Shown here: positions 42,257-60,487 of the stretch, one piece after another
Numbering within the stretch: the stretch's first letter is position 1
Layout of the letters: every line of letters begins with the position of its first letter
Assembly: GCA_964016885.1 (NCBI GenBank)
Contig: OZ024759.1
Coordinates: 18,476,001 to 18,540,000 of the forward strand
DNA length: 64,000 bases
Direction: 5' to 3'
Source: Eledone cirrhosa
Taxonomy: Eukaryota
The notes under the pieces: generated by a model
What the model saw: the letters and a program-made list of their open reading frames with translations, nothing else
Told to the model about the DNA's origin: nothing
Database searches by the model: none
Translations under genes and position numbers: made by a program

Positions 42257-42404
42257 AGAAAAATAAAAAATAAAATAAAATAAAAAAAAGAAATATATAT
42301 ATATATATAGACACATACATATACACACACATATATATATACATACACACACACATATACATTAATAACAATAATAATAATAATAATAATAACAACAATA
42401 ATAA

Positions 42405-42540
42405 TAACTGTTTCTACATTTGGCACAAGGCCAGCAATTACCCAGTGTATTACTGGTACTTTATTTTATCGACCCCGTAATGATGAAAGGTAAAGTTAAT
42501 CTCGGCGGGATTTGAACTCAGAATGGCAAGGACCGTAACA
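42405..42540 (-). mobile_element. Nin/Deu-domain SINE, partial
   Basis: Reverse complement of the family consensus. Confidence 0.8.
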
Positions 42541-42643
42541 ATAATAATAACGACAACAACAACAATAATAATATACATATATATTATATACACACACACG
42601 CACACACATAAACATATCTATACACACACACATACGATAGCAA

Positions 42644-43172
42644 CTAACAGTGCTGCGATCGAATGTGGCTTTTTAGCCCAGCCAATGATCTAAAATGTCT
42701 TGCACAGAGTCGGCAACCAAAACATTCACTGGGAATAGCCGGCGGCGGTTGGAGTTCATGTACTTTTGCATGTCGCTTGAGCCCTCCTGCTGATTTACAT
42801 TCTCTACCACATGTTTGGCAAGCATGATGAGTAGCATCTCCAACAGCAGCCTGGTAGTCAACCACTGGTCTTACTTTATGACTGCGAAGATGACTTTCGA
42901 GTCCAGCTTTGCTTAGGCAGAGTCTCGCACAGACGCTGCATGTCAGCACCATAGGAGGTCCCTCGCCGTCTGGAAGTGCAACAGCAATGCCCTTCCTCAC
43001 ATCCCGCTTTACTTTCTCGTGTGCGATTCGAGATGCCTCAAAGGCAACTTTTCCCTCATATACAGTCTTTCTCCATTTATTACGATCAGCAGCAATATTT
43101 TCCCATGTATCAGCAGAGATGTTAGCGTCTTTCAGAGAGGCTTTCAAGGAATCCTTATACCTCTTTTTTGGT
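42644..43172 (-). mobile_element. RTE-group LINE ORF C-terminus with three C2H2 zinc fingers
   Basis: [23 protein letters not shown] followed by three CxxC-x12-HxxxH fingers; open frame; the upstream part of ORF 42644-43456 is microsatellite. Confidence 0.8.
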
Positions 43173-43203
43173 TTATGTATATAAGTGTATGAATATATAT
43201 GGT

Positions 43204-43253
<50 letters not shown>

Positions 43254-43280
43254 TGTATATATATATATATATATATACAT

Positions 43281-43315
<35 letters not shown>

Positions 43316-43320
43316 CACAC

Positions 43321-43353
<33 letters not shown>

Positions 43354-43869
43354 CATATATATATACATATATATACATATACATATAAATACATATATAT
43401 ATATATATAAATATACAAACATATATATATATATATTTATATATATATACAACCATATATATTCATACACTTATATATATATATGTGTGTGTGTGAGTGT
43501 CTATGTTTATCTCTGTGCTTATGTCCAGTAAAGTAGAAGTTCAACAAAGGTGACCGATAAAATAAGTAGTCATCTTGACAAAAGAACTACAGCGTTTGAT
43601 ATGATCGATTAAAATCCCTTCTATGCTGTGTCGGTACGAGTTAAAATGATTCAGTTCGAATCGAAATTAGAAAGGAACTTATCACCTCTCCATAAACAAA
43701 GACAAGATATTAAGGCAATACCATATGGGTCACGGAGCTGATTAACTATTTACTAGAAAAAAAACTGTCATGAACAACTACAAATAATAGTCACTGCACA
43801 AAGATTGTCATGAAAATGGAATTCAACTGAGCTTTTAAAAAACTTCCTTTTGGCCCTCATCATCCAAAG

Positions 43870-44545
43870 GTTTGTTAGTCAGTGTTGTCTGCTCAGAAGT
43901 GAGAACACCCCTTTTGCCTCCAGCAGTCAGCATTCTGCTGATCAGTGTCACATGAGTTGAGCAGTGAAAACACACCTCTGGCCCTCAGCAGTCTGTGTTA
44001 TCTTACTCCAGTAATTAAAACATTTACCCTGACTCTCGGCAGTCTGCTAATTAGTGTTACCTTCGCAGAGCAGTGAAACCACACTTCTGGTAAGCAGTAA
44101 TCTGTTAGTTAGTATCACCTTAGCTGAGCTGGGGAAATGCACCTCCAGCCTTCAGCAGTTTGTTAGTCAGGGTCACCTTAGCTGACTATGAAAACGCACT
44201 TATGGTTTTCAGGAGCCTGGTAGCCAGTGAGACTTTAGCTGAGCAGTGAAAACACCCCTCTGGTTTTCAGATGGAATAAGCACATTAGCTAGTGTAAACA
44301 TAGTAGAGCAGTGAAACTACACCCCTGGCCCTCGACCAGACGCAGTACCTTAGCTAGTGTCAACTTACTAGAGCATTGAAAACACACCTCTGCTTTTCAG
44401 CCGGAAGTAGTACCTTAGCCTTTCAAATTAATCGAGCAGTGAAACTACACCTATGGCCCTCAGCAGTAAACAGTCTGTTAGTCTGTGTCACCTTAGCTGA
44501 GCAGTAAAAATGCACCTCTTGCCCTCAGCAATCTGTTAGTTATAT
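43870..44545. repeat. degenerate tandem repeat, about 60-bp unit, about 11 copies
   Basis: GAGCAGTGAAAACACACCTCTGGCCCTCAGCAGTCTGTTAG...CCTTAGCT recurs. Confidence 0.8.
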
Positions 44546-45346
44546 TCACACAATCGTAAGACCCAGTTTGGTTCTGTCTACAACAGTTGTACAGATTTTG
44601 GAAATTTTCTCCCGAATAATTGAAATAAAAGCCATTAAGACCATGCATTTATTTTTTAGAAAAAAGAAAAAAGTATTATTTACCTTCGAACAGTTTTCAT
44701 TGCAACATAACAACACAAAACATATTCTTTAGTTATCAGACAAAAATAATTTTTTGCGCAAATTTTGATAAGTATGTCTGGAAATTTAACTTTTTCATTA
44801 AATTATATTTACCTTTTATTTATCAGCACTTCAATAACAGAAAGAAATACAAACAAAAACGAAAATCTTGAAGTAAATTAATGTACTATCAAAACCTCAC
44901 ACACATATATACTCACACACCAAACACAGACACACACACATATATATACATATATATACGTATACATACATATATATATATATATACATATATACATATA
45001 TATGTTCTGTTCTCGAGTACATGTGTTATTTTGCTTTTGTTTGTTTTTATCTTATTGTTGCACGCTTATACACATACATATACATATACATACAAACACA
45101 TACACACGCACACATATATATCTATATATACATATATACATATACACACACATCACATATATTTTTATTTGTTTGACCCGAATTACTTGGTCGTTTTTAT
45201 GGCTGTGCGGATGTTTGTTTAAGCATCGTCTCAGTGTTTGGCCCTTAACGTATGTTGTAGCTCTAGTTCATCTGAATCATTGAGCGCTTGCCACACATCC
45301 CGGAAGTTGTTTTTCGTTAATTCCTGAGCCGAAATACGATTCTCGC

Positions 45347-45416
<70 letters not shown>

Positions 45417-45768
45417 ATATATACATATACATATACATATATATACATATATATATACATATACATATATATATACATATACATATATACATATATATAT
45501 ATATACATACTCATATATATATATACATATATACATACTCATATATATATATACATATATACATATATGTATATATATATATACATACTCATATATATAT
45601 ATACATACATACTCATATATATATATACATATATACATATACATATATATATATATACATATATACATATATATATATATACATATATACATATATATAT
45701 ATATATACATATATACATATACATATATACATATATATACATATATATATACATATATACATATATAC

Positions 45769-45821
<53 letters not shown>

Positions 45822-46025
45822 TACATATACATATATATGATCGCTGCCCCCCTCGTTATCGAGTATGGCCATTGCACGATATACCATTATTAATAATAAT
45901 TAATTAATTCTATCGTGCAATGCCTGTGCGTGAAGATATTTTTTAAAGCGACGAAAGACTGTGCACTGAGCCAATCCCACTCTCTGACCGACAATAGATA
46001 TAACCCGAAAAGAAGAAAAGATCAA

Positions 46026-46087
<62 letters not shown>

Positions 46088-46229
46088 AGACATATATATA
46101 TATATACATATACATACGTTTACATATATATACATAAATATATATACTTATATATACATACACATATATACTTATATACACATACACATATATACTTATA
46201 TACATACAAACATGTATATATACATATGT

Positions 46230-46275
<46 letters not shown>

Positions 46276-46318
46276 ACATATATATATATATATATATATG
46301 CACACACATATATATATA

Positions 46319-46359
<41 letters not shown>

Positions 46360-46618
46360 ATATACACATATATACATATATATATATATGTATATATATA
46401 TACACACACATATATATATACATATATATACATATATATATATATACACATATATATATATATATATATATACATAAATATACACAATATATATATACAA
46501 TATATACACAATATATATATATATATACACAATATATACACAATATATATATATACACTATATATATATATACAATATATACACAATATATATATATATA
46601 TATACACACAATATATAC

Positions 46619-46648
<30 letters not shown>

Positions 46649-46649
<1 letters not shown>

Positions 46650-46740
46650 CTAAAGCGGGTAAAATTCCCGAGATCCATGGACGAGTTCTCTCCAGCGGTC
46701 TCTGTCCCTCATTATCGCTGCCATGTCCTGCGTCTCCAAC
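46649..46740 (-). mobile_element. RTE-like LINE 3' end (same family as 26718-27545)
   Basis: GCGGGTAAAATTCCCGAGATCCATGG is the reverse complement of the sequence at about 27515-27540. Confidence 0.88.
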
Positions 46741-46820
46741 ATATATATATATAATTTATTAGAAAGTGGGTTTTTTCTTACAAAATGAAAAATAACCGAG
46801 GTGTTCTACACGAGTGAAAC

Positions 46821-47218
<398 letters not shown>

Positions 47219-47304
47219 TAAAAGGTAAACAGAAATAACAACACGATCGGTACAGTATATGGAAGGAATATATTAGGTTAACGCTTGAAAGAGCTTGAAG
47301 AGGA

Positions 47305-47340
47305 TCTTAACCTTTCGGACACTAGTCCTTCATCAGAAGA
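47305..47340 (-). ncRNA. minimal type I hammerhead ribozyme (same family as 35624-35659)
   Basis: TCTT-CTGATGA-A-GGACtagtGTCC-GAAA-GG-TT-AAGA. Confidence 0.72.
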
Positions 47341-47861
47341 AAGAATGAGGAATTAGAAAGATTGAAGGGATGGGCAGGGCGGAATCGGAAGAAAATGTTT
47401 TTAAGGAAAAATACCAGGTCCATTCATCATATATCATATATATATATATATGTCTATATGTATACATATATATATATAGAGAGAGAGATTGTATAAACAT
47501 GTATACTTATATGTATATATAAATATAAACACACATATATATATATATATGACACACACACACACACATACACACACATATATACATATATATATATATA
47601 TGTTATTTAACCTGATTGTATTTCCGTTGTCGTGGTGACTTCTGTGGCTTTGTTCCCTCAACCATAATTTTCAATTTGTCACGCTATTCAACGTATGTTT
47701 ATGACTCTAAGGTGTAACCTATCGATTTATCGATACATTCTTATTGAGTGCTTCGTGCAAACTCCGAATTGTTCTTTCGCAGATGTTGGCCGACTACCAC
47801 AGCTTCGATTTTACTATCCTTTCATTCGTATATATATGCATGATTCCCTCCATTCTCATGT

Positions 47862-48605
47862 GAATTGGCAGTGTCGGTAGAGGATCGGACACCATGCTTT
47901 GACGCATAGAGTTACGGCCCTGAGTTCAAATCCCGCCGAGGTTAACTTTGCCTTTCATCCTTACGGGGTCGATAAAATAAAATACCAGTAATACACTGGA
48001 TAATTGCTGGCCTTGTGCCAAAAGTAGAAACAATTATTCTTATTATGATCTGAATTCAAATCAAGCCGAGGGTAGTTTTGCTTTTCACAATAAACCACCA
48101 GAAATGTATTGTGTCTATTTAATCGGCTTTCCCCACTCCTCAAATTACTGCTATTGTACCTATAGTAGACATCATTATTTGGCAGTATCGGTAGAGGGTC
48201 GGACGCCATGCTTTCCAGCATTGTTACGTCCCTTTACGATCTGAGTTCAAATCCCGCCGAGGTTGACTTTGCCTTTCATCCTTACGGGGTCGATAAAATA
48301 AAGTACCAGTAATGCACTGGGTAATTGCTGGCCTTGTGCCTAAAGTAGAAACAATTATTATTTTTATTATCACCAGCATCGTTATGCGTTGGAATCGTTG
48401 GAGTGTCGAACAAAGTGCTTTGTAATATTTGTTCCAATTTTGTAGGTCGTGAGTACAAATCACACCGAGCTAGCTCAATACTGCTTGTCACCGTTTCGTA
48501 TTTGATAAAATAAAGTACTAGTTAAATACTGGGGTTAGGTATGGTCATTATAATCGATTTCTCCTTTCCACTAAATTGCAGGCCTTTTGTCTTAATTGGA
48601 AACTA
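47862..48605 (+). mobile_element. array of about 4 Nin/Deu-domain SINE units of differing divergence
   Basis: Repeated GGCAGT(G/A)TCGGTAGAG heads, GTTCAAATC B-boxes and GATAAAATAAAGTAC cores. Confidence 0.82.
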
Positions 48606-49284
48606 CTCTTCTTCTTCTTCTTCTTCTTCTTCTCCTCCACCACCTCCCCTCCTCTTCTTCTCATCTTTCTACTTACACAGCTGCTGTTGCCTCTTATTAT
48701 TATTTGCCTAATTTCTGTATACCATAGTTTGTTTTTAAAGTTTTGTCAATGGGAATGAAATGCTGGTATGCCAATGAAGCAAACAGACATTAAAGTACTA
48801 TGATGAGTGATTTCACTCCACAATTGTCTCTATGTAGATAAGTGGTTAAATTGTCTACTTGATAACATATTCTTCTTCTAAGCTCATTGTAATGTAAATA
48901 TATGTAAATTCTTTCTATTGAATATCAAGAAGCCTTTAAGCAATGGCACATTATCTCTGATTTTTCTCTATTGTCTGATTAAAATTCCTATGTGTTACAC
49001 ACATAGCTTTGTGGTTATGGTGTTCGGCCAATGATCGTAGGGTAGTGAATTCGATTGCCGGACCGCGTGGTGTGTTTTGTTTTTAAGCAAAGCAAAGCGC
49101 TATATTTCACGTTACTTCAGTCTTCATGCTGAATCACCCTGAGAACTTTGTTAAGCGTCCAACAATAACATAAAAACAAACAAAAGCAAAATAACACATG
49201 TACTAGAGAACAGAACATGTACTTTCTCGTTATTTCTTGGTGTTAGAGTGTTGGATGAAATACTTAGCATTATTTCTTCTAGCA

Positions 49285-49597
49285 CAGGGGTGTGCAACAT
49301 ACTGAATTGCCCGGCCAATTTTGAACATTGGAACAACTATTAGGGCGAGTCACTGTCAAAAATATGTAATCTTATCAAAACCACAATCTAACGAAAACCA
49401 CAACTTCTTTCTATAACCTGGAACTGGGAAATTACAACACACATAACCCTATCAGTGAAGCCCTTTAGTATAGGTCAACTAACAGAAAATTGTATTACGG
49501 TTACGAAAACAATTCTAAATAAGCCTATAAGGTAAAAATTAAAAACGGTCATCGTGGGCCGAATTGTGGCCCATGGGCCGCTTGTTGCACACCTCTG
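49285..49597. mobile_element. hAT-type MITE with 8-bp TSD, nested in an old Nin-domain SINE
   Basis: TIR CAGGGGTGTGCAAC / GTTGCACACCTCTG; TSD TTCTAGCA at 49277-49284 and 49598-49605. Confidence 0.9.
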
Positions 49598-51029
49598 TTC
49601 TAGCACTTTACGTTTTCAGTTTAAGTCCCACCAAGATCAATTTTATTTTTCATCCTTCCAGGAGTTGATAGCATTAAATAGCAGTCACATACTGGGGTCA
49701 ATTTAATCAACCTAAACCCCACTCATTAATCTTCCGCTGAAATTATTATCTCATTTACTCTCACAGGTAAGCGACAATGGTATAGGAAAGAGAGAGAAGC
49801 GTCTCCCACATGGAACACACAAATAACAAAAGCATTCCTACGGCAATCCAGCAACACGTGGGCAGCTGTAATGAAGAAAAATCATAGATAGTTTCTACAC
49901 GCAGTACATAAGCAACGGAAGCATACGCTTAACAACCAGGTAACATGTAGGAAGATATGAAGACCTGGTAACCTCTGTGAATAACAACGAAACAACATGT
50001 AGGAAGCTATGAAGGCCTGGTAATCACTGTAAATGACAACCAGGCAAGTAAGAAGATATGAAGACCTGATATCCACTGTAAATAACAATCTGGTAACATT
50101 GTGGTACACTGTACCACCATGAAACAGCTCCCCCTTTGAGAGCCACGGGATTGGTAAGTGTAACTATCACCGAAAACCAGGAATCAGTTGGTTTATATAT
50201 AATAAAAATAAAATATTTTAATTACTTCATGCCATACGTTTAATTTAGCATTCATTTTTAAACTCATAGAAAAAGAAACCATTGCTTTTTTTTTTGTTTT
50301 TGATTTTACCAGACTAGAAATAACATTTTACTAATGAGACATATCGACTGTTTGAACTGACCAAGAATTATCTTTGCCACCGAAACTGTATAACAATACG
50401 CCATTAGTGGATGCGATTTGATTTAAAAACTCATTAGTTGGATCTTCAGCATTAAGTTCATTCAGGCATTCACCAAAGTCATTAGTCATGAGCTGATACC
50501 CTGGATATAGACATTTAATTCGGTATAAGCCTCTGCAGCTAAAAGACCAGGCCTCCTAGGGGGAAAATGTTAATTACGATAAATTTGTTGTAGAAATCAG
50601 AAGCTGACAAGGAGAAATTTAACTTTCATCCCTTTTCACTGGGGTGCCAAGACCAGCTTAACGTAAAATTACTAATTACGTTATCATACCTCCGGGAAAG
50701 GCTCAAATATAATATAATCACATTGAATTCATTTCTAATTGTGAGATTGTGGTAAGTTTAAGAAATCAAACATGTATCCCATTTTCAATATCTGGTGAAA
50801 AATGATTTCGCTTTACCTCAGCTGTTATATGTATTGAATTATTTGATATATATAGGCATACCTCCTCTATATATCCAATTTCTCCCCTTCACTAGAAAGA
50901 AAACATGCTATAAGTCTTTTATTCTTTTACTAATTACCGTAACTGCCATGTCTAAGAGATCGAAAGAATATGTGCGTATGTGTGTGCTTGATAGACATAT
51001 GAGTAAAAGCAATGATGAAGACATGCTGT

Positions 51030-51600
51030 TTCTGTTAGAGCTCACATCTAGTTGATTTAGCTGGCTTCCTACGAGGTTACATCTCATGGGAGGTTTCTTG
51101 GATGTTCAAATGAGAGGGGACCCGGTCATATCATGTACACATGCGTATGTTGTTGTTACAGCTCAAACCTATGTAGATTTAGCTTGCTTCCTATGAGGTT
51201 ACATCTCATAGAGGGTTTCTTGAATATTATAATGAGAGGGACACCTAGTAATATAATACACACACGAGTATGTTGTTAAAGCTCACGCGTATCTAGGTTT
51301 AGTTAGCGTCACACAAGGTTACATCTCATAAGAAGTTTATTGGGTGTTCTAATGATATAGGTCCAGTCATATGAAACACACGCGTGTATGTTGTTGTTAC
51401 AGCTCAAACCTATCTATACAGAGCTGGCTTCCTAGGAGGTTGCAACTCATAGAAGGTTTCTTGCGTATTCTAAAGATAGGGCCATAATCATGTCATACAC
51501 ACAAGTCTATGTTGTGATTACAGCTAACACCTATCAAGATTTAGCCGGATTCCTAGGAGGTTACAACTCATTGAAGGTTTCTTAGGTATTCTAAGGATAG
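51030..51600. repeat. tandem repeat, about 121-bp unit, 5 copies
   Basis: AGGTT(A/G)CA(T/A)CTCAT at about 51073, 51196, 51316, 51436 and 51558. Confidence 0.88.
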
Positions 51601-51621
51601 CCGAATTTTCGGATATTATTA

Positions 51622-51813
51622 TGGTGGATTGGCAGTATCGGTAGAGGGTCTGACGCCATGCTTTGCAGCGAAGAGTTACGACCCTTGCCCTTCTGAGTTC
51701 AAATCCTGCCGAGGTTAACTTTGCCTTTGATCCTTACGGGGTCGATAAAATGAAGTACCAGTAATACCCTGGGATAATTGCTGGCCTTGTGCCAAAAGTA
51801 GAAACAATTATTA
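51622..51813 (+). mobile_element. full-length Nin/Deu-domain SINE
   Basis: TGGTGGATTGGCAGTATCGGTAGAG head through AAAGTAGAAACAATTATTA tail. Confidence 0.88.
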
Positions 51814-52087
51814 TTTAAAGCAACGTGACGTGTTTCACTCAAAAAGGCAACGCACCATCTGGGCCCGATAATGATTAAGAAAAAATCAGTCAGGGGACCA
51901 TAAAGGCTAACCCAAGTTCTGGAATAGAAAATAACCTTGTAAAGCGTGTTATATTAATGATGAAGATGATATTGATGACAGTGAAACTGTTGATTACATT
52001 GCTACTCCACTTGATGATGATGGTGATGGTGGCATAGATAGTCATGTAGTGCTATTAGTAGTAGTAGTGATACTCAGTGTGATATCT

Positions 52088-53185
<1,098 letters not shown>

Positions 53186-53406
53186 GTGTGAGTAGTGACA
53201 GTTATTTGGGGAGTAATGTAGGAACCGGTAATACGTGATGTGTGTGTCGTGATGAGGAAATGAGGTGATAGTGGTTGGCACAAGTTAATAGCTCATTTTA
53301 CATTTCTCATCTATCTGAATAGATTAGCTTACTCTGCATAATCTCTACTTATTCTCTCTCTCGTTCCCTCCTCCTCTCCCTCTGTGTCTGTCTGTCTCTC
53401 TCTCTT

Positions 53407-53419
<13 letters not shown>

Positions 53420-53448
<29 letters not shown>

Positions 53449-53562
53449 ATGTATATATTTATATATATATATATATATGTATGTATATATATATATATAT
53501 ACGTATATATATATATGTATATATATGTATATATATGTATATATATGAATATATATATATGA

Positions 53563-53606
<44 letters not shown>

Positions 53607-54057
53607 TTATATATATATATATGTATATATTTATGTATATATTTATATATATATACGTATATATATATGTATATATATGTACATATATATTATATGTATA
53701 TATTTAAATATATAAATGAAAAGTATAGAAATTGTTTTAGAGAGAAGCTAATAGTATTCTATAACATATATGCGTCTATGTCGTCATATACGTATATATA
53801 TGTATATACGTATATATATATTTGTATATATTGATATATATATATATATATGTATATATTGATATATATATATATATGTATATATTTATATATATATGTA
53901 TATATTGATATATATATATATATGTATATATATATGTATATATTGATATATATATATATATGTATATATATATATCAATATATACATATATATATAAATA
54001 TATACATATATATCAATATATACATATATATATATCAATATATACATATATATATAT

Positions 54058-54099
<42 letters not shown>

Positions 54100-55237
54100 A
54101 TATATACAAATATATATATATATATACGTATATACATATATATACGTATATGACGACATAGACGCATATATGTTATAGAATACTATTAGCTTCTCTCTAA
54201 AACAATTTCTATACTTTTCATTTATATATTTAAATATATACATATAATATATATGTACATATATATACATATATATATACGTATATATATATAAATATAT
54301 ACATAAATATATACATATGTATATATATAAATATATACATAAATATATACATATGTATATATATAAATATATACATATAAATATATACATAAATATATAA
54401 GTTGAAAAAAATGAAAACGAAATTTTATTTCTCACTCTTAGTATGGCACTTACTTAAATGTAAGTATGTATGTACACGTACATACACATATGTATACAGA
54501 CGTACAGCAGCATGCACATATATACACACATATATATATATATATATATACACACATACATATACATACACATATGCATACAGGCACACATACATATATG
54601 CACGCATCAGTTTAGCCGGCGTTTATTATAACGCCGGCCGCTTTGTTCGTTTGTTTGTCAACAAAGCGAACAGCCTGAATTTATGCCATACGGTGTTAAG
54701 GCAACCACGTCACCTTTTTGTTCAACACTGACACAGGAACGATGTACTAGTTTCAAGCTTGTTAGCTATCATCAGCACCGTTTACCCCTCTGCCAGATAG
54801 TTGAACGTTCGAAAGTATATACTTTTCTTATGAAAATTAACGGCTGAGCAGCCTAATTTGCATATGGCATAAATTCAGGCTGTTCGCTTTGTTGACAAAC
54901 AAACGAACAAAGCGGCCGGCGTTATAATAAACGCCGGCTAAACTGATGCGTGCATATATGTATGTGTGCCTGTATGCATATGTGTATGTATATGTATGTG
55001 TGTATATATATATATATATATATGTGTGTATATATGTATATATGTGCATGCTGCTGTACGTCTGTATACATATGTGTATGTACGTGTACATACATACTTA
55101 CATTTACATAAATATATACATATATATATATATAAATATATACATATATATATATATACATATATATATATTCATATATATATATTCATATATATACATA
55201 TATATACATATATATATATATATACATACACATATAT

Positions 55238-55270
<33 letters not shown>

Positions 55271-55271
55271 C

Positions 55272-55327
<56 letters not shown>

Positions 55328-55568
55328 GTATATATATATACATATATATATATATATAAATATATCCATATATATATATATATAAATATATCCATATATA
55401 TATATATAAATATATACATATATATATATATCAATATATACATATATATATATATCAATATATACATATATATATATATCAATATATACATATATATATA
55501 TATCAATATATGTATATATTGATATATATATATATGTATATATTTATATATATATATATGGATATATT

Positions 55569-55623
<55 letters not shown>

Positions 55624-55628
55624 GGATA

Positions 55629-55681
<53 letters not shown>

Positions 55682-55689
55682 GTATATAT

Positions 55690-55690
<1 letters not shown>
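53420..55690. repeat. nested inverted-repeat complex embedded in (TA)n
   Basis: About 53620-53950 vs 53970-54330; 54456-54690 vs 54862-55106; 53445-53620 vs about 55105-55300; palindrome centred near 55509. Confidence 0.8.
54738..54782 (-). ncRNA. minimal type I hammerhead ribozyme
   Basis: AACGGTG-CTGATGA-T-AGCTaacaAGCT-T-GAAA-CTAG-TA-CATCGTT; 7-bp stem I (one G-U), palindromic stem III, GUA site. Confidence 0.85.
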
Positions 55691-59780
<4,090 letters not shown>

Positions 59781-60272
59781 ATACACAAATGTTCAAAGAT
59801 AGTTAGACAGATAGATATTTGTTTATGCTTATAAAACATTTTGGGATGTACATTCATGACCAAAATTCATTATAACAGCTTGAAAGATATTTAGCAGAAT
59901 AATAGTTAGCAATTCTATATAGGAAATGTTAAGGTGTTGATTGTGAGAAATGGTAAGGAAAGTTTCCAAGCCATGGGGAGCCAATGAATTCTTTTTTTTA
60001 TCTATCGTATTCTTCTCTATGTATATACATTGTTTCTAGACCCAAAGGGCGCAATTTGCGTTACCCTCGGCTTTCTATTTATCTGTTATTAGATTATATC
60101 TAAAAATAGCGAATAATATGACATGCAATTCTATTGTAGCTTCACACATTCTGTTGTGCTATGTTTTCTTTTCTATATTTAATTAACTTTAGCTTTTATT
60201 TTTTAGCTGCTGCTGCCTGCGAACACCGACTGACATAGCAATCAATTTGAAGTAGCTTTTATTTATGTATAC

Positions 60273-60389
<117 letters not shown>

Positions 60390-60447
60390 GAAAGGTATAG
60401 AAAATATTGTAGCAAAAAGCCAACAGTATTCCATAATATATATATGT

Positions 60448-60487
<40 letters not shown>

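Noticed and set aside
43870-44545. CRISPR-like repeat-spacer appearance
   Set aside because: Eukaryotic context, degenerate repeats, homologous spacers and no cas genes
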